Source: Vicugna vicugna
Lineage: Eukaryota
DNA length: 64,000 nt
NCBI GenBank assembly: GCA_013265495.1
Contig: MU057711.1
Coordinates: forward strand, 868,001-932,000
Direction: 5' to 3'
Shown: one piece after another, positions 39,385 to 52,004 of the stretch
Layout of the letters: every line of letters begins with the position of its first letter
Numbering within the stretch: the stretch's first letter is position 1
Notes under the pieces: model-generated
What the model was told of the DNA's origin: nothing
Databases searched by the model: none
The model's input: the letters and a program-made list of their open reading frames with translations, nothing else
Position numbers and translations under genes: made by a program

Positions 39385-40503
39385 GATGCAGGAAAAGAGG
39401 CTCGATATCATCAGCCATCAGGGAAACAGACATCAAAACCACAATGAAAAAAAAGAAGAAAGAAGACACGAACGAACTCATCTAAAAAACAGAAACAGAC
39501 TCACAGACACAGTGAACAAACTTATGGTTACTGGGGAGAAAGAGGGTAGGAAGTGATAAATTGGGAGTTAGAGATTTGCAAATATTACTACGTATAAAAC
39601 AGATAAAAAACAAACTTCTGTATAGCACAGGGAACTATATTCAATATCTTGTAGTAACCTATAATGAAAAAGAATATATGTATGTATACATGTAACTGAA
39701 ATATTATGCTATGCATCAGAAATTGACACATTGTAAACTGAATAAACTTCAATTAAAAAATAAAGAAAGAAACTCCACAGTGAGATAGCACTGCACATAC
39801 AGTGTGACGACTATTATTAAAAAAGACAGATAATAACCAGTGTTGGCAAGGACGTGTAGAAATTGGAACTCTCACACACTGCAGGTGGGAATGTGAAATG
39901 GTGCAGCCACTTTGGAGAACAGTCTGGCAGTTCCTCAGAAATGGAGCTACCATAGGACCCAGCAGTTGCCACTTCTAAGTTGACACCAGGAAAATCTAAA
40001 ATATATGTCCACATGGAAACTTGTACACTAATGTTCATAGAAGCATTGGTCATTATAGTGGAAACAACCCAAATGTCCACCAATGGATACACGATAAATT
40101 AAAATGTTGTTTATCCATATGATGGGATGTTATTTATCAAGAAAAAGGAATGAAATATTGATATATAACATGATGAACCTTGAAAACATCATGCTAAGGA
40201 AAGAAGCTAATGACAAAAGACCATCTATTATATGATTTCCTTTATGTGAAATGTCCAGAACAGGCAAATCTATGCAGACAGAAAGATTGCTTAAGGCTGA
40301 GGGGATGAAGGGTGGGGGCAGGGGGAGGGATTTAAGAGTGATTGCTAAAGGGTACAGAGTTTCTTTTGGGGGCAAATATAATATTCTAAAATTGGTTGTG
40401 GTAATGTTGCCCCACTGTGAATATGCTAACAATCCATTGAATTTACACTTTAAATGGGTGAAATGTGCAGTATATGAATGATCTTTCAATAAAGCTATTA
40501 AAA
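39385..40503 (+). mobile_element. Old LINE-1 3' end with a nested younger L1 3' tail (39448-39770)
   Basis: Host L1 phrase catcaaaaccacaatga|gat is split; TSD-like aaaccacaatga / aactccacagtga; host ends caataaagctattaaaaa. Confidence 0.85.
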
Positions 40504-40844
40504 AAGATGACTACATTTTTGTAACTCAAGAAGGGTAATTTTCTCTCTGCATCACTCCAAATAATCTGTCAAATGCTATTTAAACCACTCGTCATTGGTT
40601 TGAAAATACACACAGGTTTTTGTAATTTAGGTTTTTATGTGTTGTTTAATTCAGTGCACGTGTTTTCATCTTCGGGCTGCTATTCTAATAACCACTTTTA
40701 AAAAACTGGAACACAGTAACCCACAGGGAATTACAAACGTTGCAGACTGGATTCAGAAATATGTATCCTTGGACTTCTTGCTTTCCCTTAGTCCTCAGGG
40801 CCAGTCAGCCAAGGAGATCTCTTCAGTTTACTTTTTTGGGGGGT

Positions 40845-41390
40845 AGCAGTTTTACTGAGATATAATTCACATCCCTTACAATTCATCCGTTTAAAGTGTA
40901 CCGTTCAACGGTTTTTAGTATATTCACGGAATTGTGCAATGATCACCACAATCTATTTTTAAAACACTTTCATCATCCTAAAAAGAAACCTTATACCCTT
41001 TAGCGGTCACCTTCACACCCCCATCCACCCAGCTCTAGGCAACCAGTAACCTACTTTCTGTCTGTATAGCTTTGCTAATTCTGGACATTTCCCGTAAATG
41101 GAATCAGACAATATTTGGTCTTTACTGCCTGGCTTCTTTCACGTAATATAGTATTTTCAAAGTTCATAAAACCTTGCAGCGTGTGGCAGTACTTCATTCC
41201 TTTTTGTTGACGAATAACAGTCCACTCTATGGCTATACCACCTTTTATTTATCCATTCATTAGTTAATGGATATTTGGTTGTTTCCACTTTTTGATTATC
41301 ATGAATAAAACTGCTGGGTGTAGGTTTTCGTATGGATGTACATTTTCATGTTTCTTGGGCACGTAACTAGGATTGGAATTGCTGGGTCAA
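40845..41390 (-). mobile_element. Old LINE-1 3'UTR fragment
   Basis: tttactgagatataattcacat...gattggaattgctgggtca. Confidence 0.85.
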
Positions 41391-41977
41391 ACCCAATCAT
41401 TTTATAAGATAATAGTAATAATATTAATTTAGACATTCAGCAGAAAAAGATCTCATTGGCTAGTGACTCCAGTTCTCATAAGGTGAATTTCCTTCCATCC
41501 AGGGAACTCAATCACCCTAATAACCATATCCTTAGATATGAATATACACACGGAGAAAGACTGCTTAACTGCTTAATATTGCATGGGTGCAGTTCTCATT
41601 CTGTTGTTGTTGTTTTTGGAGGGGGAGGGAGTCTCATTTTTAACTAGAGATAAACACTTAACAGTATTATGTCTTAAGACATTAAAGAAGAATTTTGCCA
41701 CTCAGTCACCCCCCCATATCTTATAGTTACATTTTGCGATAATTACAATATGATGTTTCCCCTTCCAAACAAGATGAGAGAGGATGCAGGTAAGATTGTC
41801 TTTTTTTCTCTCTCCTCACGTGGTTGTTGTTGTTGTTGTGTGTTTCTTCCCCTCCACAAAGGAAGCCAACAGAGCTAATGATACGATAATTGCAGCAGAA
41901 CTGGCTCCCACGTTTGGGATTTTAGTGCAGCTCTGCACCAACAGAGCTGAGGATTCTAAACCAACATCCTCGTGACC

Positions 41978-43065
41978 CTTTTTAAAAAACATTGTGGCAA
42001 AAATACATATAATGTAAAATACATCATTTTAACCATTTTAAGTGAATTCAGGGGCATTAATTATATTCACAAGGTTGCAACCAGTCTTACTGCCTATTTC
42101 TAAAACCTCTTCCATTACTGCAGACAGAAACTCTGCACCCTTAGGAAAAATTTTCATTCTTCTCGCTCTCAGCCCTTGGTAACCTCTTGTCTGTTTTCTG
42201 TCTCAAAGAATTTGGCTATTCTAGAAAATTCACACGGGTGGAATCATACAGTATTTGTCCTTTTGTGTCTGGCTTATTTCACTGAGCATAGTGTTTTCAA
42301 GGTTCATCCAGGTTGTAGCATGAATCAGAATTTTGGACACATTCCTTTTATGGCTAAAGAATATTCCACTGTATGGATAATACTGTATTTTGTGTATCCT
42401 TTCATCTGTTGGTGGGCATAGGCTGTTTCTGCCTTTTGGCTACTGTGAATAATGCTGTAATGAATGCTGACATGTAAGTACCTGAGTCCTTCTTTTCAAT
42501 TTATTTGAATGTATATCTAGGGGGAGAATTGCTGGGTCATGTGGTAATTCTCTGTTTAACTTTTGGAGGAAACACCAAATTGTTTTCCACAGCAGCTATA
42601 CCATTTTATATTCCCACCAGCAATGCATGAGGGCTCTAAGTTCTCCCTATCCTCACTAATGCTTAGTTGCAGGTTTTAAAAAAATAATCATAGCTCTTCC
42701 ATGTATGAAGTGATATCTCACTGTAATTTTGATTTGCAGATCTCTAAAGACCAGTGATGTTGAGCATTTTTTCATGTGCTTGTTGACCATTTGTATATCT
42801 TCTTTAGATAAATGTCGATTCAAGTCCTTTGCCCATTTTTAAATTGGGTTGTCTCTATGTTGCTGCGTTTTAGGGTTTCTTTACATGTTCTGGATAGCCC
42901 TTTATCAGATACATGATTCACAAATACTTTCTCTTGTTCTGTAGTTCTCTTTTCACTTTCTTGGTAATGTCCTTTGAGGCAGAACAGTTTTTTTTTTTTA
43001 ATTTTAATGGAGCCCAATTAATTTTTTCTCTTGTGGCTTGTGATTTTGGTGTCAAATCTAAGAAT
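41978..43065 (-). mobile_element. Old LINE-1 3'UTR plus ORF2 end
   Basis: gaattgctgggtcatgtggtaattc...tgatgttgagcattttttcatgtgcttgttgaccatttgtatatc; reverse ORF2-like peptide EKVFVNHVSDKGL. Confidence 0.88.
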
Positions 43066-43289
43066 GCATTTTTACCTCATGACTCTTACGTAAGAAAGGC
43101 AAGACATATAAATGTCCCACAAAAGAATTAACATAGTAGAAGTGGCAGGTCAACTATCTTTCTATAATGAAAATACTTGGAAAATCACATAGTTACACTG
43201 AATATTGACCAAAAATTTTATTTTTTCTTGGATAATTCTGTTATTTAATGAGGTCTATTTATATTGTTCTGAGAACCCAAGTTCATTTT

Positions 43290-43395
43290 CTTTTTTTCTT
43301 ATTGAAGTATAGTCAATACAATGTGTCAATTTCTGGTGTGGAGCACACTGTCTTGGTCATGCATATACATACATATATTCATTTTCATTTTTTTT
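43290..43395 (-). mobile_element. ~105-bp LINE-1 3' tail insertion
   Basis: Perfect 13-bp TSD ccaagttcatttt (43277-43289 / 43396-43408). Confidence 0.85.
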
Positions 43396-45559
43396 CCAAG
43401 TTCATTTTTATTAGCTGTGTGGGTCTCTATCATAGTGCTCAATTGGACAGGTGTCTGCCTAGCCTGTAAGTCGCTGCTCCTTCTACAAAAACTGTCCCCA
43501 CAGCATCCTCTCCTATGTAGATGGCCCCATAGAAACCATGTTTGTACCTTGTGATCTTGTCCCCCTGGTGAGGACCCAAGCTGAGCAATCAGCTTCTCTC
43601 TGAGAATCTGTACTTGGGACTGAGAAATGTGTTGGTTACTGTACGGGATTATGTGGCAGCCATTTCTGCTTCATTCCCTGCTTTGGGGGCCACATGAGAT
43701 CCTGTATCTTTACAATAAACATTTTTTCTTTGCAGGTTTATTTGGTATATGTTGTACCAATCTGCCATTGTGCAATGATATTTATGTTCCCATATTGGTG
43801 GGCTGGTTTCTCTCCTTGCAGAGATGCTGTGCACAATTGGAGTTAAGCAATGAATTGGTTGGAAAGGAGAGGACAACCTGGTGGGGGTCTCAGTTACACA
43901 GGGGAGAGAGTGAAAAGCCTGTTCTTTCCTCCTCAAAGGATTCTGAGAAGAACGGGTCTTGAAGTTGGATGGGTCCTTCCTGGTCCCTGCCCTTTGTGGC
44001 TCAAGTGAGGAGGCAGGGGCATTAGGCTCATCCAGCTGGGGATGGGGGAACCTCAGAACATGGGGACCACGATCAGCTGTCCTGGATGAGTCTGGTTTGA
44101 CACCGTTTTAACATGACATGGGAGAGATAGTGAGGATGTGACACTAAAGGTAACTACAACTATGGCAGAATATCTTGGCCCTCCACAGTGAGTCATTCAG
44201 GAACCCATGTCGCAGGGAGGAGAAGCAGAGAGCCTGAGAGAGCCCGTGGACCTTCTGCGTCTGATGAAGAGGCCGCCATGGTCAGACCCATGGACATTGT
44301 CAGTGGAGACCAGAGGGACAATCACAGGTCAGGGGTCACCAGTCCCAGATGGTAAGGCAGAGAAGATACTCAATTCAAGGGACCAGTGAGCACCCACAGG
44401 GCACTGCCTGGGTTGGAGGGACCCTTCTGTCATCTCTAGGACTCAGGGACCCTCTATCCCAAAGTGCCATCCTGGGAAGGAGAAGGAGGCATCCCTCAAA
44501 GGGGCTGTGAAATGACTGCTCTGGACTATTCACCAGGCTGGACTAGACCCAGCTCCTCTCATTCACTTCTCTCTGAAGGGTACGCCCTCATCGGACACTG
44601 GAAAGCTAAGGAAGCTACATTTTCTCTGCACATCTTAGTGTTCTACAAAGTTCAATTTAAATCATAGCTTCGTAAAAACCCCAGAATCCGAAGATTATTG
44701 TCAGGAGCCAGAAGAATAACCCAAAGGATCCCACCCCCTGCCTTGCTTCCCCTTCCTTTTCCCATCCCTCCTCTCTTCCTTCCTCCATCAACAGGGAGCA
44801 AAGGACCTACTCTGGGTCAGGTTCTCCCAAGACAACCAAGACACAATTCTTCCTGTGTGGAGCTGATGGTCCTGAGAGAAGACAGAGACTAAGCAGTTTC
44901 CAAACCACATCATTAATGCCAACTTTAAGGTGTCCACGGGCCTTGGGAGCAGAGGAGAGCCTCTCAAATCTGCCTGGGCAGGGGTGAGGGAAGGTGTGTG
45001 AGCATCTGAGGAGAAGAGAGTGCTCTGTGGGTACAGATGTTGGTGTCTGTGGTAGACACGGTGAGTTACCCACCCCCAAACTATTCTCCCCTTCTTCTTT
45101 CCTCACAGAACCCCGATTTTGTTTGGGGTTGCCTGCATGCCCATCCTAAGCACTGATACATGCCTGCTTCTCTTTCTATTGTCCGACAGCCTATTTTCCA
45201 GGTCCCCTTCACTTGTAGCTGTGGTCTGTGACCCAGATCTGGTCAAAGATACAATGCTGAGGGAGTTTCTGCAGAACTCTGCCTCCCTGATAAACCGGAC
45301 AGATCCGGCTGGTGCCAGCCGTTCCCCACTCTCCCCGACGGTGCAAGTGATGCCTGGAGCTGTGGACTCATCTTGCAATCATGATGATGAAAAGAGTCAA
45401 AATGCTAAGAGAGCAAAGAGCAAAGATGAAAGAGTCTGGCTTCTTAAAGACCTTGCTAAGCTGTTACCACAGTACTGGACTATTGACTTCCAGATTTCTT
45501 AAGTGGAAAAATAAAACAAACCTCTGCTAATTGAGCATTCTGAAATTATTATTATTATT

Positions 45560-45713
45560 TTAAAATATTTTTATTTTATTTAAAAAAAATTTTTGGTTGG
45601 GAGGAGGTGATTAGGCTTATATATTGTATTTATCTTAATGGAGGTACTGGGGATTGAACCCAGGACCTCGTGCATGCTAAGCACATGCTCTACCACAGAG
45701 CTATATCCTCCCC
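45560..45713 (-). mobile_element. Vic-1-like SINE
   Basis: ggaggtactggggattgaacccaggacctcgtgcatgctaagcacatgctctaccacagagctata; TSD-like tgaaattatt. Confidence 0.9.
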
Positions 45714-45857
45714 ACACTGTTTTGAAATTATTAAAAACATTCGTAACTAACAGCGTCTCAGAGGAAAGACCTGCTTATTCAACATTTGAGGGTCCAATGG
45801 CCTTAGAGCTGGTTTTCTTCCTGTTCACCCTGAAGAAAAATCTGGCAATCTGCAGCC

Positions 45858-46146
45858 AGCATTTGGAGATAGAGCCTTTAAGGAGGCAATTAAGATTGAG
45901 TGAATTCATAGGGGACCCCAATGGGACAGGGGTCCTTGTAAGAGGAGCACATGCACACAGAGGGAAGACAGGTGGGGACACAGGGAGAAGGCGGCCGTCT
46001 GCCTGCTCATGAGAGAGGCGTCTGGAGAAACCACACCTGCCAGCACCTTGATCTGGGACTTCCAGCCTCCAGAACTGGGAGAAAACGAATTTCTGTTGTC
46101 TAAGCCACCCAGTCTGTGCTAATTTTATCATGGCAGCCCTAGGAAC
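45858..46146 (+). mobile_element. MaLR LTR (MLT1A/B-like)
   Basis: cctgccagcaccttgatctgggacttccagcctccagaactg...tttctgttgtctaagccacccagtctgtg...atggcagccctaggaac. Confidence 0.85.
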
Positions 46147-46319
46147 CACCTCTCAAAGAGGTCTTCTCTGGAGAAGATACCGTGAAACAGCCAGTCCTTC
46201 CCAGCAGCAGCAGACACCCAGCCCCACTGCCCTGTGTTTCCTTCTTTCAAATGAATAGAAGGTCATGATGGGTCCCTAGGTTTCTGATGCAATCAGCATC
46301 TTAGAAGGGAATAACCAAA

Positions 46320-47780
46320 ATTAAAAACCCCAAACAGAAAAAAAAAGAAAAAGAAAAAAAGACAATTCAAGGATCAGAAAAGAAAAACCCTATTTTTGAA
46401 ACCACCTAATGAATCCACTGAGAGAGATTCAAGACGATATCACATCAGTAAAACAAGAAGAGGACGCTATGAAGGAGCAACTGGAGAAAAGAGGACGCTT
46501 TCAAGGATTAAACAATTACGGCCAAAACAAAGTAAATTATTAAAGGCTGGAAAGCAAAGCCAATTAAATAATTAAAGGATGCAAAGTCAAGTTTTGTAGA
46601 AAGTCAAACAAGAAAGAAAAGATAAGAATTCAAGAGGCAGAAGAGACAGGAGAGGGGGAGGGCATAGCTCAGTGCTACAGTGCATGCTTAGCCTACACGA
46701 AGTCCAGTACCTCCATTAAAAAAGAAAAAAAATCAAAACACAGGAGAAAACACAAAAAAGGGGGAAAAATAGAGAAAGAAATAATAAAGAAGGAAGAGCA
46801 TTTCTCAAAGTTGAATCAGGATCCAGATGTTTAGATGGAAAGGGCCCACAATGAATGAAAAAGATGTTCTAGTAACATGTCAGAATGGCAAGGAGACAGA
46901 AAGTTCCAGAAGTTTCCAAAGTGGCAAAACAAGTCAGCTAAAAAAAGGAACAGGGACCAGTCTGGTTTCAGACTTCTTAGTAACCCTGGACATAATAGAG
47001 AAATGCTTTCACAGTTATGAGAAAATATTATTTTAAATCTCTATCAGGTAAGAGTAAAATAAAAAAAAAGATTTTCTAAACAGGCAAGGTCGTAGAAAAT
47101 GTAACTGCCACAGTCCCTGTTATAGGAAGCTACATGAGGATGTGTAGATCAATAAATAGGGGGCAAGGCGGTCTTGGGGAACAGCAGCTCCCACTCATGA
47201 AAGCAGGGAAAGGAAGACACTGTATCGCCAAGAAGGAAATAGTTTAGCTTACAGCAGAGAGATGGAGAGTTCAAGACAGAGGCCTCTGGAAAAATGAAGG
47301 ACTTCAGCTAAGACTTTAGTTTTTTTTTAACATAAGAATGTGATAAAGACACCTAGTGCAAGGGGTACAAAAACTATCAGTTAGACACTCCAGGAAAAAA
47401 GAATGATTGTACAAGAAAATTATGATCCACATGGGAAGCAAACAAAAATAATTTTAAGGTGACTATGTTCAATTCCATGGCAAACCACAATCATTTTTTA
47501 GTACAGAACCTTAGTGTTTAATTTTATGCTAGTTCCGACAACCCCTTTCTATTCCCCTACAAATGCTGTTCGATAGAAACTGGCCTTTAAAACACGTATT
47601 AAAATTGGTTTTGTTCTGGGCACCTTGGAACTCTTCTAACACCACAAAGGGTATTTCTGGGGAGACAACAATGTTCTGTTTCTTGATCTGGGTGCTGGTC
47701 AAAGAAGTGTGTTTCCTCTATGAAAAATCATCAAGCTGTACTCTTATGATACGTGCACTTTTCTTTATGTTGTACTAAAA
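46320..47780 (+). mobile_element. Ancient LINE-1 fragments (ORF1-region-like and 3' end) containing an internally deleted Vic-1-like SINE at 46654-46732
   Basis: A-rich L1-like body; SINE head gggggagggcatagctcagtg lacks the B box; TSD-like acaggaga. Confidence 0.55.
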
Positions 47781-48434
47781 GAAAAGTTTTGTTTGTTTTT
47801 TTCTTTTAAGTGTAGCTGATAAAAGATAAAGTGTGAAAGGTGAGGGAGGGGGAATAAAAAAATGGTAAAGAGTTTTGAGATCTTTATCTTACAAAGTGAG
47901 AGAGAAGTTAGGGAGTATGTCAGGTTGATGGAAAAGAAAGTAAGTTCTGAATATTCAAATTGACTCAGGCAACAGATGGCTAGAAGAAAAGTGGATTCTA
48001 GAACTATTGAACCTTGAGAGGAGCAGCGGGGGGGAGGGTGGGGAGTAGGCAGTGTGAGGGAGGCAGGTCCTCATGTGTCACAGTGTGAGTCCATAGACGT
48101 CCTCAAAGGTGGAATTAACCACCTGAACAACTGAAATCACTAGTGGTTAAAGAGACTGCTTCTGAAGTGGGGAGCAATGCCCCCACCCCATGGAAGACAC
48201 TCTTCATCTATTATTTTAACAATATAAAGCTTTAAACCAATATAATAAATAAATGCTAAATTGCGTGATACAATCCATGAGGGCTGAAGCGGGGCTGAGA
48301 AAGGACTTTTGATGTTTCAGACCGGATAACTCTTTGCTCTTGCTACCAAACAATGTCACTAAGGCCCACTGTAGGGATAAAGGATTTTTTTGGCTTTGAA
48401 AAGTTCCTATGGCACAGGGCCTTTTTTCTTAATC

Positions 48435-49121
48435 TTTTTTTTTTAAATTTATCAAATTTATTGTTTTCTTATGCGTATGGCTATAGCAGAATATAAAAAT
48501 TAAATGATAAAAGTTTCTTTTAAGAGTGCAATTTAACTGCATCTTAAAAAAGTTCATCTATTTTTTAAAAAACTATACATACTCAGGTAAAAAAAGACTC
48601 TGACTTAAACTGAAGACTTCAGAATTAAACTCTAGAAGTAAATGCTATGGCTGTCTAAAAGTTTATACTGGCAAATTGCACACATTTTCAAATTATAATG
48701 CAATATTTGTACACAGAATAACTATATACACACTTCAATTACATTGCTGATAAATAATAGTTATCCAAGTTGTCTTGAGAAATGAGGTTTAATATAGATT
48801 CAAATTAAGTAGAAGATCAGTCTCAATTACAGCATTTCCTTCACAAATAATAAGAGATCATCCAAACATTTGCTGAGTATAAAAAAAACCCCACGCTTCG
48901 TGGTGTGTTCTGGGAGTTCCAGTATGTTTTAGATGAGGAATGTTGACCATGAAGGAGCTCACTGCTGTGCTCACTGCTAAAGCTGGAGGAACTCTGGTCC
49001 AAAGGAGGGCCTGCCCTCCCTCCACTGGCCTCAGTGCCGCTCAGGTGGGGATCTGACTGAGTGAGTGAATGCAGCCTGGCAGTTTGGGAGGCCTGAGCGG
49101 AGGGGAGGGAACAGCACAGCT
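48435..49121 (-). other. 3'UTR, poly(A) signal and genomic poly(A) remnant of the cTAGE-like retrocopy
   Basis: AT-rich UTR; AATAAA on minus at 48462-48457 followed about 12 nt later by an A10 run (48444-48435). Confidence 0.75.
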
Positions 49122-49829
49122 TTAAGACGAGGGCCCACTCCTGGGAAAGGGACCATCAGGACTTGGTGCTCGGTCCCCTGGCTGGTGTGTAAAAGCCCCT
49201 TGTGATGTGCTGATTCTCGTGACCTCTTCCAGGAACTTGAGCAGTCTTAGCATCTCCGCCCTCTCTTCTTGAATAGACTGCAGGGATGTCTCTTTTCTCA
49301 GTTCTTGGATGAGAGAATCGATTTCCTTCCTCAAGCTCAGGTTGACTGTCATCAACTTTGTGTAAGTGTCAACGAGGCTGGGTATATTTACTGGCTCCTT
49401 CTCTAGCCTGGCGCTCTTTACAGTTGTCTCCATCTTGGCATACTCCTTTTTAGCCATGCAAAGCTGGTCAATGAGGTGGCGTTTCTCATCAGTCCGTGAA
49501 CCCAGTGCTTTTGCCAGTTGCTTTTTATGTCTTCTGTTAAGTTCGCTTCTAACAGACTGAATAAGTCTGAAAGTAAATAAAATGCCCAGCAATAAGGTGA
49601 GGACAGGCAGACTCAACGCTGTCTCCCCGTGGAGGATCTGGAACATGAACTGAGAACATAGGTGACTGAACAGCAGCATAACCAGGACTGCACTCAGCTT
49701 CCTAAGGGTCAGCCCAAAGCCAAGCTCCACAGAGGACAGGAGCCCCTCCATGGCACTGACCCACCCAGGGCTCTGCCCAGTTACCATGGAGCCACCAGCC
49801 ACAACAAGCCCCAGAGGACCCCCCAACAT
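49122..49829 (-). CDS. CTAGE5-like: Intronless cTAGE5/MIA2-family retrogene or retropseudogene with open frame (hydrophobic N-terminus, first coiled coil, short Pro-rich tail); likely start 49751 (209 aa)
   Basis: FRLIQSVRSELNRRHKKQLAKALGSRTDEKRHLIDQLCMAKKEY...SARLEKE...SLVDTYTKL...LRKEIDSLIQELRKE is colinear with cTAGE5 as recalled ([44 protein letters not shown]...DASFEKE...SLEATCEKL...LEDEILCLEKELKEE); gccATGG Kozak at 49751 gives MEGLL...FGLTLRKL, similar to MEEPG...LGLLLEEL. Confidence 0.8.
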   Translation of the reverse strand: MLGGPLGLVVAGGSMVTGQSPGWVSAMEGLLSSVELGFGLTLRKLSAVLVMLLFSHLCSQFMFQILHGETALSLPVLTLLLGILFTFRLIQSVRSELNRRHKKQLAKALGSRTDEKRHLIDQLCMAKKEYAKMETTVKSARLEKEPVNIPSLVDTYTKLMTVNLSLRKEIDSLIQELRKETSLQSIQEERAEMLRLLKFLEEVTRISTSQGAFTHQPGDRAPSPDGPFPRSGPSS

Positions 49830-49844
49830 TCCACCTGGAACCCA

Positions 49845-49865
49845 ACTGACGTCCTGGATTGGTCA
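49845..49865 (-). promoter_or_regulatory. Candidate proximal promoter motifs of the retrocopy (CCAAT box and CRE-like site)
   Basis: Minus strand CCAATccagGACGTCA: CCAAT at 49862-49858; TGACGTC on plus at 49847-49853 with the CpG retained. Confidence 0.4.
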
Positions 49866-50924
49866 GTTATCTGGTCAGTGTCGGTGGGGAGGAGGCGTGG
49901 CTGTCAGAGGAGAGGGTTGTAACTAAAATATCATTTTCTCCATTATTGTCTAATGGCAATTTTTTCTGACCTCTTTTTTTTTGTTTGTATTTGTATACCA
50001 TAAAAAATAAAGTGAAATGTGTCAATGTAAAGTTTATGATTTCACAAATCTTTCAAACTCCTAACCCTCAACAGTATCATAAAAGTCAGTGTATGAACCA
50101 TATGTTTGAATCACATCCGTTAACACAGAATATATACCCTCCATCACATTTCAGTAGAAATACACACACTCTCACGACATGTATCCATCAGTCTGAAGGT
50201 GGCTGAACTTGATGAAAATTAACAAAAAAACCACAATGTATACTTTGATGTCTGTCTCTTTTGCTCTAAGGAATGTTTTTACAGCTACATGTTACTATTT
50301 GAATATGCCATTCATTCTGTTTGTAGGGCTGAATAATTTGACCTTGTAAGATTATATCACAAAATATTAATACATTCTCTTAATAATGGACATTTGGGTT
50401 AGTTCAAGTGTGGGTTATTATGAATAAATATTTTTGTATATATATAGATGCATCTGTTTTCTAAATATCTGTTTTCATTTATCCTGTGGGACGCATACCT
50501 GGGAGCAGGTCTAATGGGTAGATCTGTGCTAAATACTCTTTCATTTTGAAAGAGATTTCTTTAGGCATAATTTACATGCCATAAATTCACTCATTTAAAT
50601 ACAAAATTCTTATTTTTTTTGTGTGTGTAAATGTGCAGAGTTGTGTCTCCCTCACAATCCCATTTTAGAACAAGTTTATCACAGGAAAAAAAGATTTCTC
50701 AATTCACACTTCTTTATTGGCTTCATTTGACACAGTCTCTCTTTCTCTTTGGAATGCTTCCATGATATAAATTCCAGTTCAATGCATTCTACCATTTTTA
50801 TAATTGTTTTTGTTGTTGGTTTCTGTTTTTTTTATGAACTCACTGGCCTTTCTTTCTGTGACTCCACTGATAGTTTCTACTTTTCTTTCAAACCTTTGGC
50901 ATTAGTTTGACTCAGGAATTAGTT

Positions 50925-51268
50925 CTTTTTTTTTTTTTTTTTCATAGTTTACATTAGGGTTTACTCTTGATATTGTACGTTCTATGGGTTTTGACAAGTG
51001 TATAATGAGATGTAGCCACTATAGTATCATACAGAATAATTTCATTGCCCTAAAAATCCTTGTGCTCCACTTATTCATTCCTCCTTCCCTCTCCTCAAAC
51101 CCCTGGAAACCACAATCTTTTTATTGTTTCTGTAGCTGTGCCTTTTCCAGAATGTCATTTGGTTGGAATCATACAGTTTTTAGCCCTTTTGGACTGGCTT
51201 CTTTCATTTGTAATATGTCTTTCAAGTTTCTTCTATGGCTTTCATGGCTTGATAGATCATTTTTTTAA
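50925..51268 (-). mobile_element. Old LINE-1 3'UTR fragment (L1MC-like)
   Basis: poly(T) then catagtttacattaggg...ctatgggttttgacaagtgtataatga...tgccttttccagaatgtcat. Confidence 0.8.
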
Positions 51269-51369
51269 TGCACATGTATCTTTTAATTTACATATATGTA
51301 CTGTTCATTGTTTCTAAGAACGTTTAGAGATTTAGCTTTTTAAACTTACATAGTTATCAAAGAACAAAG

Positions 51370-51955
51370 CCAACCACAAAATAAGAATTAATTCAAAAAA
51401 TACATACACCCTGCTATTAACAGCAACATTATTTATAATTGCCAAGATATGGAAGCATCCTAAGTGCATATCAATAGTTGAATAGATAATGGAGATGCAA
51501 AATATATATATATATATATAAAATATATATACACACACACATATGTATATGTATACATATATATATGTAATGAAATACAACTCACCCATAAAAAAGAAGG
51601 ATATTTTGCCATTTGTGGCCCTTCATTCACTTTTTTTTTTCACTTCAAAAACCAGAATTTTATAACTGGCAGAGACATTTCAATTACATTAAAAACAACA
51701 AAATACTCAGAAATAAACTTAACCAAGGAGGTTACCTATACTCTGAAAACCAAAATGACACAAGGAAATGGAAAGATTTCTTGTGCTCTTGGATTGGAAG
51801 AATCAACACTATCAAAATGGCCACACTACCCAAAGCAATCCACAGGTCCAATGCAACCCCCATCAATATACTCAAGACATTCCTCACAGAACTAGAACAA
51901 ACAACTTCAAAATTTATGAGGAACCACAAAAGACCCCGAGAAGCCAAAGCAATCT
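51370..51955 (+). mobile_element. LINE-1 fragments (ORF2-end piece, then mid-ORF2 piece)
   Basis: gccaagatatggaagcatcctaagtg... then peptide KWKDFLCSWIGRINTIKMATLPKAIHRSNATPI. Confidence 0.88.
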
Positions 51956-52004
51956 TTTGTAGATTTTTTTTCTCTTTTTTCTTTTTATTCTCTTTTCTTA
52001 TGGT

